From the NCBI RefSeq assembly GCF_000150275.1, contig NW_002060978.1, forward strand, positions 248,001 to 312,000: a DNA stretch of 64,000 bases, written 5' to 3'. Every line of letters starts with the position of its first letter. Positions within the stretch are counted from its first letter, which is position 1. Shown one piece after another: positions 25,146-35,763 of this stretch. The notes below the pieces were generated by a model, which saw only the letters and a list, made by a program, of their open reading frames with translations, did no database searches and had not been told where the DNA came from. Made by a program: the position numbers and the translations under genes. This stretch comes from Trichoplax adhaerens. Lineage: Eukaryota > Animalia > Placozoa.

Positions 25146-27563
25146 CTTAAAAAAAATTAATATTTCTTCTGATAATATAATAAAGCGTTTAAACAGCCTG
25201 CACTTACAATTCTTATAAAACTATGATAATAGTAAGAATATGATCAAATAGAGCTTTGGGAGAACTTGTAGAACTTCGATTTCTACACAATATGATTATC
25301 GATGGAGGTGAAATTGTTAGGATATATTCTAATTACAGCGTAGAAAATGATAGTGAATGAAGAGACTTCGTAACAATGATAATAACCATAAAGTGCTGTT
25401 TATAGCCACTCTTCAAGATTAGTTAAAGCTAGATTAGCATACCCTTAATTAGCATTTCAAGAGTAAATAATACCCTAGCTAGTATAAAAGAGATAATAGC
25501 TAATGATCAGAAATATGCTCTCTGTCAATTGAATTCAAATTTTATTTGGAATGAAGCATTGATTCCTTTTTAATGTGTTATGCTTTATTATTTTAATAAT
25601 ACTTTATTGATGGCGTAGCATCATATAGGTATCCACTAGCTGAATTCATAAACATAGTAGAGGTCTGTAATAATCGATAAAAACTTTAATTATAAGCTAC
25701 CCATTATCTATCATAATTTCGCCGGTGTTTTGATGACATCACATCAGTTAGATTGTTATGAATGAGGTCATTTGCTTTCAGCGTTTTTGAGATACTAGAG
25801 TACGAATATCAATACACCTAATTATTGTTCGACAATTCACTTCTGAGTATTACTGTGACAGCTCAAATAATGCAGCATTAGATCATGAATTAATTATCAG
25901 CACCATCTGATTATTCATTAACTATTAATTTAAGCCGTAGTTAAGGAATTAATGTAGTTCAAACTAAAAATATATGTGAATGGTATTTGGTGTTATAAAT
26001 TTTATCAGCTGTTATTACTAGATTAATAAAAGAGTGCAAAAATTTCGTGGAGAAAATAGAATATACTCAGCTGTACATTGCCAAATTGGTAAATTGATTT
26101 TGTACGTTTTCGGATCAAGTGATGACTATCCAGTTAGCTAGTATATTAAGCCATCATATTCTTTAGTTCGATAATTATAATAGCTCTGTAAGTGCAATAC
26201 GAAATCTGAGTCTTCATAAGTCACTTGATTGAATTTTGATTCTTGGAAAGATTAATCAATAGTTCTTTGTTATCGCTTTTACTATATCTTTATTTAAAAT
26301 CTAAAATTACATGATCATAAGAAAAGTTCAGTTTATCGAGGATAGTAATCGAATCTTGAAGAAAATACAATCTTTTCGCTAGAGAAGCAGATGATAAAAT
26401 CTTGGATTTACTAGTAAATGATTGCAATGCATCTGGTTATAATTGCATATTTCTAGAATTTGACTGTTTGTCCACAATATATTGTTCGTACTTTAAGCCG
26501 GTGCTATAATATAAGCTAAGAATTGTTACTAGAAGTACCGTTATTTCGCTTAATAATTTATAATTATACCCAAAGTAAAAGCAGGTTTGCCATTGGCTCT
26601 ATGAACAGCATAGAAAATGATGGGAACGATTACAAGGTAAATCTTCCAGCATCAAATTATAAAAGTTATAATGCATTAAAAATTAATATAACCGAACTTT
26701 CTTTAAAGTATATTTAAAAGGAATTAGTGAATACAAAAAAGTAAATCAACAATGAATCATTTTTAATTTACGTCTTCTTATATTGTAATTTTATTTGATT
26801 ATTCAGTTAATTTTCTAGCGTAGATGAACTTAGGGCATTCGATGAATAGGCGGTCTATATGATGTATCCTATTCCAGAAAATTGTACAAAGTAATTGCAG
26901 TACGTCTAACTGTTATAAATTATTAGTACAGACTATAGCTACGTTAGGCAGTTGTTTCCTGTAATCTATGACTGTATTTATTCATGCTATTTACATACAT
27001 CATTATTACACAGGATACGTACAAAAATTAAATCATCGACAATTTAAGGTCAAAATGCTCTATTCTCTTTGAATTGAAGACAAGATTTTATTGTATTTAG
27101 TAAGTGAACTCTATTTAAGGGAATAATATAGTGATGAAAACAAGTTGTCATATTAGTAGAAGATAGCTTTAAGGATAATTTCAATATTTCATTATATCTA
27201 AAATATTGTTGTATGCAAATAATTATTTATAGAACATTAAATTGAAGGAAACAGACAGAAGTTTAACTTATGAATATTTCGATCCACAGTATCGTGCTTC
27301 AATTTTCATACAGAGCAATAGCTATAAAATGTATGAAATTAACAAGGCAGCACTGGATTGAAGCAATATAATTTTTGCTTGCATATTGAAAGAGATCAAC
27401 ATATACATCAATCCAATCTATAATCATAATAATATTGTGCGTTGTCGATCAGTTTATATCAGCATCTGCTATCGAGTGGAAGAGTTGAAAAGTTTGTCAA
27501 TAAAAGGTCTGAATGTGTTGTTTACTGATGAAGAATAGTAAGGCAACGGCCACAAATTGGTGT

Positions 27564-28604
27564 TTATTCGCTTGTATTAAAGACATATTGGCTAAAACTT
27601 TTTCTCACCTTCTTCGTAGCAGTAATAGGATTGACTGAGTGATGCCTCCATGCTGCTAGACAACGTGGCCAGTGATATTGTTGTTTAACAGCTCGACGTA
27701 AATATGGATTCATTGCGCCGTTGATAATAGGATTGACGGCGCTGTTCATAAAATAGACGATAGTAGCGATGGTTTGAAAATCGTTGTATTTAGACAAATC
27801 TTCACTATTACTTGAATCGAAAGCATAGAGTGAACCAGCTACAAAATTGGGAGCAATGCATAATACATAAGCTAATAAAATTAGGCCAATCATGGATGTT
27901 ACTCGGCGTTCAATTCGTTGTCGATTGGATGTTGCAATACTTGAATTTTTAGCATTCTTCCATAGCGTAATAACTACTCTACCTGAGCAATATAAGATAG
28001 TAAAGGTTGGAAGAACAGTACAAAATAGAGTTACTACGGTCACATAGAGACTTGGATCACGTTGCTGCATATTACACATTAACTTGGAAAAGTAAAAGAC
28101 ATAACGATTCCATCCAAATAATGGTGGCGCAGCCCATATTGCTGAATACATCCAAACACCGATAGCCATGATTTTAGCTCTTTTGATAGACATCTTGGCA
28201 ACAAAATTAGGATCCATGGCACAGACAATGGCATAATAACGATTAATACTTAAAATTGCTAGAGAGCATAGGGCGTTATTGTAAAGTATCATGTCTAAAA
28301 ATCCACCTATAATACAAAATGTACAACTAAATGGCCATACCAAAGTTAAAGAAATGGTGAAACATATTGGCATGACAATAATTGTAATAAAGAGATCATT
28401 TAAAGCAACATTGGCGATTAAAATATTAGTTGAGGTATGTAATTTTTTAATGGAAATTGTAAAAAAGATGATGGCTAAATTGCCAGTTAATGCTATAGTA
28501 AAAATGATGCCGATAGCAATGCTAGGCCATATTCTATACGACGGAGATAGAGGAATTGTAAAATTGTTGAAGCAATGATTAGCATGGATAGCACCAGCGC
28601 TCAT
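27564..28604 (-). CDS. Class A GPCR, melatonin-receptor/opsin-related paralog (346 aa)
   Basis: 7TM and clearly paralogous to 24123-25145 (KKLHTSTNILIAN, SINRYYAI, KMS.KRAK, PPL.GWNRY, KLMCNM, ERRVT). TM7 reads NPIIN. A probable 5'UTR intron acceptor ttttttccattaaAG is at 28637-28636. Confidence 0.94.
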   Translation of the reverse strand: MSAGAIHANHCFNNFTIPLSPSYRIWPSIAIGIIFTIALTGNLAIIFFTISIKKLHTSTNILIANVALNDLFITIIVMPICFTISLTLVWPFSCTFCIIGGFLDMILYNNALCSLAILSINRYYAIVCAMDPNFVAKMSIKRAKIMAIGVWMYSAIWAAPPLFGWNRYVFYFSKLMCNMQQRDPSLYVTVVTLFCTVLPTFTILYCSGRVVITLWKNAKNSSIATSNRQRIERRVTSMIGLILLAYVLCIAPNFVAGSLYAFDSSNSEDLSKYNDFQTIATIVYFMNSAVNPIINGAMNPYLRRAVKQQYHWPRCLAAWRHHSVNPITATKKVRKSFSQYVFNTSE

Positions 28605-30022
28605 TGTTGCTCGTTCATTAATTATAAGCGATATCCTTTAATGGAAAAAAATTGAATTATCCAAATTCGATGATAATGTCTTCAGAAGCATCTCACGATT
28701 GTTTACCACTTTTTTTTTATCGACGTCGTGAGTATTTCTGATGAAATTGCGTATTTGCCTTAGTCACGCTGATCATTAATCTAGGTATTCTTTTCAATTG
28801 TTAGTGCAGTTAATATCACGACAGTTGCATTGGGAAGCAATTTAGTCTACTCTTGTCTGTTGGTATTTATTTTATTGAAGCAGATGGTATTATTCACTCG
28901 TCTGTCTATTTCCTGCCTTGAATTGGACATCCTTATTGACCTCTTAATTATGGCATAGCAAGACCATGTGACTCTCTTAACGTTCTGCGAGAGAGACTAG
29001 AACAGTGGTGCCAAGTGGTAGCCATTGCTGTTGACCTTTGCTTCAAACTAATGCAGTTCTTATTCAATAGGAAATGATACTACTTGAAGCATATGGCTCA
29101 TTTGATTTGTAGACAACGTAAAAAGAGACAGTGTATTTTTGATTTATTTGATATAGGACAGTAGATAAAGGTGATATAATTTGATTTTTATTAAAATTGA
29201 ATGGAGGGAAGGGACAATCTATTGTACACTCAATGTACAGGTAGAAACAGCAGATCCTATTTACTTTGACATCCTGCTGATATTATACAATTGATTGAGC
29301 TCCATTACTGCGGTGCTTTTTATGAAGTATGGGTATAAATAATCCCGTGAATTATTGCATTGATCTCGAGTTACTTGGAAGTATTTGCATACTGTCGATT
29401 GTCTATCTCATGTAATAAGGGAATGTGGCCTTGTTGATCACTTTTAGCTTGAATGTATTTGCCTGCAACACACGCCATCTTGGCTAAAACTGATTGTCTA
29501 TATTATCATGACACGATAAACTCATTTTGTATGGCAATAGATCCGCTGCTGAGCGATAACGGATGGACAAAAGTTGTCATTGGGTCAATCATGCCTTTCC
29601 TTTGTCGAAGCACTAGACTAAAAACAAGCTTGTATTGAAGATTGTCGTTGTTGTCATATGCGTGAAGGCGACATGGCCAACTACAACTACCTCATTGATT
29701 GGATGAATCAAGTCTTCCTTGAGAATTGATCAACCAAGAACTCTAAAAACTCCCTACGTATTGGGAATGAGGACTCATTGATAGCTATTTCAATTGATGG
29801 AATGACTTCATCCTTCAACTGGGTCTTCATGGACCATCCATTCCCATGGAGTATTGAAAGAGATCATTTGCCATTGAATGAATCCATGTTGAAGATCTGG
29901 CAGGTATTGATGGACGCATCGTCCATGATTGCGTGGAGATTGTCATACTGAATGCTTAGACAACAGTCGATTTCGACAGGCGTTCTTTCCACCGTTGCTG
30001 AGCGATGCTTCAAGTGGTGCAG

Positions 30023-30039
30023 TGACGTGCGCCTGCGCA
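30023..30039. promoter_or_regulatory. CRE half-site + NRF1-type site (candidate leftward promoter)
   Basis: TGACGT (30023-30028) overlaps TGCGCCTGCGCA (30028-30039), at the left edge of the TACAG array. Confidence 0.45.
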
Positions 30040-30061
30040 TGTTTCGATGCATACGAATGGA

Positions 30062-31317
30062 TACTGTACAGTGTACAGTGTACAATGTACAGTCAATGAT
30101 ACGGTGACAGTGAGCATACTGTAGCGTACTGTACAGTGTACAGTACAGTACAGTACAGTACTGTAGACCACGAGCGATACAAATACCGTACTCTACTGTA
30201 CTGTTGTACTGTACTGTACTGTACTGTACACTGTACCATTGTGAAATACAGTACTGTACCCTTCTGAAATACAGTACAGTACAGTACTGTACTGTAATGC
30301 GTACAGTGTACAGTACTGTATGCAATGACAGTACAGTACTAGACAGTATGGAGTCATTGTAGTGTACAGTACTGTACAGTGTACTGTCTGTATGTCATGA
30401 AAAGAAAACCGGTTTTCTATGAGTGCTACAGTACAGTATACTGTACACATTGCACTGTAGCTGCAGCATCGACAGTTACAGTATACTGTACTGTACTGTA
30501 CAGTACTGTCTACTAGTGCTGCCTTAGTATACGAAAGTGTTTACAGTATAATACTGTATATGAGTGGCACTTTCATACCAAAACGACGTTTTTTTAATAG
30601 TAAACGAAAGTGTTGACAGTATATAGAGTGGCCCGTTCATACCAAAATGACGTTTTTGACTAGTAAACGAGCTGCTGTACACTGAAGTCGCCTTTTTATA
30701 CGAAAGCGCTTTATACAGTATAACGTAAACGTAAGTATACACTACAAAGGCAGCAGACGTGTACACTGCGCAGTGACAACACACGGTATAGCGTCCTAAT
30801 GCAAGGAACAGTACAGTACTGTACAGTATTGTAACTGTATCAACTACAATGTACAGTACAGTACATTACAATACATAGTACAGTACCGTAGTACAGTACT
30901 GTACTGTACACTGAGTGTACAGTATTAGTGTACAGTGTACAGTACTTCAGTGTACTGGACTACTGTAAACTGTACACTGTACTGTACTGTACACGGCAGC
31001 CTGCAGTGCTCCAAACAATCATGTTGTGTATACAGTAGATTGCATTCAGCATGGGATCAGGGCTAAAGGCACGTGCCCCTAAAGGTGCAGTACATAGTTC
31101 ATACTCCGTTGACCATATGACCCATTGACCATACAGTGTCAGTGAATAGACAAGCGGTTTCGGAGCGTCAAACCAGTCCTGTACGATCCTAAGGCGTACT
31201 GCAATTTGATTGGTTGTGAGTCAACAACCGGTCCAACGCTCACAAACTTTCCTAGTAACCGTTGTCTCTTGGACTACAGTCGAGTGTATCGTCGTACTGT
31301 ACTGTACAGTACTGTCT
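30062..31317. repeat. TACAG/CTGTA pentamer-based array in mixed orientation, with an embedded 63-73-bp tandem repeat
   Basis: Dense runs such as cagtacagtacagtacagtactgta and gtactgtactgtactgtacactgtac. Includes a perfect 31-bp inverted repeat (30131-30161 / 30206-30236) and tandem units starting acgaaagtgtt at 30531 and 30604, with a partial copy at 30700. Confidence 0.9.
31110..31259. promoter_or_regulatory. Candidate TATA-less promoter of the mitochondrial-protein gene
   Basis: Triple TGACC(A/C) at 8-bp period (31110-31131), inverted CCAAT (31209-31213), TGAGTCA (31217-31223), X-box-like CTTTCCTAGTAAC (31247-31259). A YY1-like ATATGGCGGC overlaps the start codon further downstream. Confidence 0.4.
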
Positions 31318-31476
31318 ATGAAGATGGGTGATGTGTATGAGTGGAGTGAGCAATTGGGTCGCATGCCCTTCCAGACATTAACAAGTTAGACTGCACTTGG
31401 CCTTTTTTCTCGGTACACTACTTCAATTAAGTTCCCTTGACCGGCACGGCGGTACCATCAACGTGCGCTTTTACAT

Positions 31477-33184
31477 ATGGCGGCAATGGCGTCGCTAGTA
31501 GCTCGCAACGCCGTCAGGCGTGTTCTTGGACAAAAGTTAAGGATTATTCCATCCACTACTGTGAAAACTGGTCATATTATAGGTATGCTATGGTACACTT
31601 GCATCCATGTTGACGATTAAAACGCTTTTCTCTGTTGATTTCCATGAAGAAATTGCAATACGTATAGTGTGGGCATCGACGCCTTGAACTTGGAAAAGTG
31701 TTTTCAGTTATAATTTTCCTTCAAAGTTGATCCACTCGATAGCACTACGGTAGCCACCAGGTTAAAACGAACTAGTCTATCCGAGATGATCTGGGATCAT
31801 CATGTTGATTGTAACAGTTGTACTGTCTGAACTTGCTTTGCTTGCTTCAAAAATAATTGTCGAGGATATCTGAAAACACTGGGTGCCCTCAACTGTACTG
31901 TAGACGATTCAATTTGAAATTGCTATACAGTACTTCAATGCATGCATTGAACAATTTTATACTTTGACTGCTCCTCACTGCGATATCTGAGGATCATGTT
32001 GAAATGAAGTAAGTAACCATAATATCCAGTCATGCACGATGATCGATCGGCAATGCACAGCACAGTATGTTATTGGAACGGATTTTGCACGTAGCAGTCA
32101 ATGTAGTATACTGCATTTCGCTTCCTACTTTGTATTTGGGTAGGATAGCAGAGAACCAAATCAAATATCAGGTACTGATAGTATCATGACTACTGTTGTG
32201 CTGACTGTAGATTGACGCTTGATCCATGCTACTTGCTTCAACCAAAGTAGAATTAAAAATCTTATAGCGCAACTTTGATTGAAATATCAATGAAATATCT
32301 TTATTTTTAGGTTACGCTTGCATATGTCGAATAAGAAACCAACATACTGATGTCGAAAGCGAAGCTAAGAAAAGTGATTGGGATTTATCCGGTATTAAAA
32401 GATGGTTTGGCTTCGAGGACCCGCCGGTGAGGATCAGATCAAATTTACTGAATACAACTTACTACTCCATTGTTGATTCATTACTTGAGATCGCTGTAAA
32501 TTAGATCAATGGCGCCGTCAGTCACTGATGCTACTTTACGTCTACTGTACCTATGAATGCTAAGGCTTGTGTAATCCATATTTCCACTTTTTTCTCACAT
32601 ATATTGCAGATCCCTACCGAAGAAGAGATGCAAACCAGAATGGAGTTATTAGAAAGAGTAAGTGCAACGGTGTTACTATAGTACTCTACAAATGTAGAGT
32701 ACTGCTCAATAGCATGATGGTTTCGTTGGCTTTGACATTCATTTGTCAAAGCTTAAGAATTACCCAGTATAACATTGGAAATATTGAACAAAGTGTGTTA
32801 TGACCATTCAATATTGATGTTACATACGAGTGATCGACTAATTTGTTCATTTGAATTAATTTCGTTATTCACGCAATGATAGGTTAGAGAAATGTATTAT
32901 GCTCAGCCACCCATATCGCCTGATTATGAATTTTATGCAGAAGCAGTTAGAGCAATGATAAGATTTAGAGACAAACGAGCGGTAGAAACCATTTGTGATA
33001 TGATGAATGAAGTCGATATGGAAATTCAAGATGATTTAAGGCTTGAGGTAATGAATGCCCAAATAGAAGAGTTTTAAAGTCTTGATTGATCAAGTCTTTC
33101 ACAGTTGGTAATACGTCATTAATTTGTTATCCATTGCAGGTTGAACAATTTTTAGAACAGAAATATTTGGAAGACTACTACTAA
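31477..33184 (+). CDS. Small putative mitochondrial protein (~163 aa) with a PPR/COX5A-like helical motif
   Basis: Exons 31477-31582, 32311-32426, 32505-32516 (12-nt microexon, optional), 32610-32657, 32883-33047, 33140-33184; all GT-AG and in frame. The N-terminus MAAMASLVARNAVRRVLGQKLR is Arg-rich and acid-free, like a presequence. The C-terminal part is ISPDYEFYAEAVRAMIRFRDKRAVETICDMMNEVDMEIQDDLRLEVEQFLEQKYLEDYY. Confidence 0.75.
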
Positions 33185-35027
33185 TTTGTCAGGGGATAAT
33201 GATGGTACTTGTTGATGGTATTATTCTTACATCTGCTATCATTCTATTACTGTAACATAATCATTTGCGTTGTATCATTAATGTGCATTTTATACGGTTA
33301 AGTTATAATCGATGCAAAGTGATAGATTTTACATGCTATATAATTTCAGTATACGTAATCAACTTACCGTTCAAGTACAGTGATTATTACTTCTAGCTCA
33401 GGCATATATTCTAGTTATGCAAACGGTGGTGTTTACACGTTGAACAGTGCTTGATTCAGATATTATACGCCACCCAACTTTTATTTTAAAATAGCAATTG
33501 ATCAAAATGTAAAACTAATAAAATTGTCCAGCGTAGCTGTGCTCGTAAGGCTAATAAACCAATCACTTTTCGGATATTGCAGAGTATGTATTATTGTGTG
33601 ACTACGTTTCCTTTCTGGAATCCAACTCGATTGATTCTCAATCATGTGTTACACTGTTAATCACAGGCGGTATTTGTACCTTGGGTCGACAGTAAGATCT
33701 CCATTTCTATACTTAATTTATTAGCGATATAATGAATCGATTCATTGCTATTTGGCACTTGTACGCTATAGTAACTTCCTTGTATACCGTAAGTATAATT
33801 TAAACTGGGAATTTGGTAAACGTATGTAACGTGCAATTTTACATTTTCTTGAGAGATTTTCAAAGATGTAGTAGCAAGACATGAAGTGTACCTAAGGTCG
33901 ATGGAATTTGTTCCATGTCTTTGTTCATAGCGATTGCTTATCCTTAAAGTTTAGTGTATCACTTACAAGAAGCATTACAACTACTTCAAGCAGATAAGAA
34001 AAGCTATGGTTACTTTACTTGCTTACCCGCAAAGACCTGCTCATGCTATGCACTTGAACAACGAACGAATCCATTGATCATATCACCCCAAAATCATCGT
34101 GGAATTGGAACTCCTAATCAATATTACGATTTACTTTGGTCATCATTGCGTATTAGGAGAGATTGAAAAGATTACTAGTCGAGAAAATATTGTTTGACCG
34201 AATCGACTGTACAATTTGGTGCACTATCATTGACGTTGGATTATAAATAAATATAATCGCAATAAATCAGCCAAAGACGACACAAGGTTTCATGAAATGG
34301 TAGAATAAAATAAGTTTGTTTCCGATTCCCATTAACCTTGACTTTTAGTCGTATTTTAGTCGAGTTGTTGCCATCCACAACAACGTCAGGGTACCCTTGT
34401 CTACTAATGAGACAGTATTTTACATCAACATTATACAGTATATGCTTACAAGGTTAAATGACTTTAATCACTCGTTTCTCCCTTTCTAGTCTATTTCATC
34501 TACGTAATATAAACAGTCGACCATGCAGTACGTCAAACACATACTGCATACTGTACATTTAGAAGCAATGTACAATTACAGTAAGTAGAGATGGCCAGAT
34601 CATTTCCTTTTTAGTACAGTTATTTCCTTTGCGTTGTTGAGTAATGCTCTGAAATTGGAATAGACTTGGATCAAATTTGCCTTAATCGCCGTCGGAGTGA
34701 TGATGATTTTTCACTTATCTTATGAACCTGCAGAAACGTACAGCCAATTCTCATACGGTACTCTATACGTTGAAGGTAATTTTATTCTAGGGGCATATCG
34801 TTAATTTTCCCTTTATTTTTTTACCTCCATGGGCTAACCCACGCCCATGATTTGAAGCTGGACGCAGTGCATTCCGTTCCAGACTGAACTAGTCCATGAC
34901 AGTACAGTCATGCGTGCACTGTATCCGTCTAAGTTTTCTACAGAAACGGCAATAACGCAATGACCTGTCATGCGTACTTTGATTTAAGGATAGACTTTAT
35001 ACCGGATGAGAAATTAAAACATGTTTA

Positions 35028-35225
35028 GTACTGTACAGTACAGTAAAATGTCTAGAACTAGAGTACTGTGTACAGTAGCTAAAGGTCTACTGTACAGTAC
35101 TGTACACTGTAGTGTCGTACTGTACATACTGTAGAACCCGTAATTTATACTGTAGTTGGGATCTTGGCTTGTGCTTCATGCAATCTTATTGTTGATTGTT
35201 TAATAGCGTACTGTACAGTGTACAC
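35028..35225. repeat. TACAG/CTGTA array upstream of SREBP
   Basis: gtactgtacagtacagt, tactgtacagtactgtacactgtag, gtactgtacagtgtacac. Confidence 0.8.
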
Positions 35226-35273
35226 TTTACGCCTTGGCACTTTAAATTGGAGAGACTAGAAACTAGGGTCTAC

Positions 35274-35314
35274 TGTATGCATGAAACTTGAAGACTTCAA
35301 GTTTCATGCATACA
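35274..35314. repeat. Perfect 41-bp palindrome (20-bp arms, 1-nt spacer)
   Basis: TGTATGCATGAAACTTGAAG-A-CTTCAAGTTTCATGCATACA. Confidence 0.95.
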
Positions 35315-35411
35315 AGTTGAAGTAACATTACTTTAGTCAGTATGGCGCTACAGTGTCTCTATCAGACAGTGAGTGACTTGGAGTCAAACTTGACGAATGT
35401 GTTTCAGCTGA

Positions 35412-35458
35412 ACCACGTGACCGAGTGGTCTGACTTTTCCTAACTTCTCTGATTGGCT
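35412..35458. promoter_or_regulatory. E-box + NF-Y module in the SREBP promoter
   Basis: ACCACGTGAC (CACGTG at 35414-35419) and CTGATTGGCT (inverted CCAAT at 35452-35456), about 310-350 bp upstream of the ATG. Further ATTGG motifs lie near 35588 and 35726. Confidence 0.5.
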
Positions 35459-35763
35459 GGATGTTTCTACTGACAGTCGAGTCTCTTACAAGCACTTACA
35501 ATGGAAAGTTACCGTCACAGTACAAGTTACATCATCGCACGATCTGTGTTTATTATGCGCTCTTGACAGGCGATGGATTGCGACTTGATTGGATACAGTA
35601 CATTATACTGTACAAAAAGTTCAACATCTGATCATTTGCATTCAGTTTAACAGTAATTGCAATCATTGACAGGATTTACGAATAGTAGTGATATTATTTC
35701 AGAATCTCCACCATTGAATAAAGCGATTGGTTTGGTAAGAGAACGCTACCGAACGTTTCCAAT

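Noticed and set aside
19255-28604. True light-sensing opsins
   Set aside because: No Schiff-base lysine in TM7 of any of the three receptors.
29864-30784. ORFs 29864-30325, 30193-30450 and 30524-30784 (Y/C/T/V/Q-rich)
   Set aside because: These are translations of the TACAG/CTGTA array and tandem module; low complexity, no protein features.
30062-31317. CRISPR array
   Set aside because: Eukaryotic context, no constant repeat with regularly sized unique spacers, no cas genes.
32610-32657. COX5B assignment from IPTEEEMQTRMELLER
   Set aside because: The similarity is limited to a few residues, and the Cys-based zinc-binding C-terminus of COX5B is absent.
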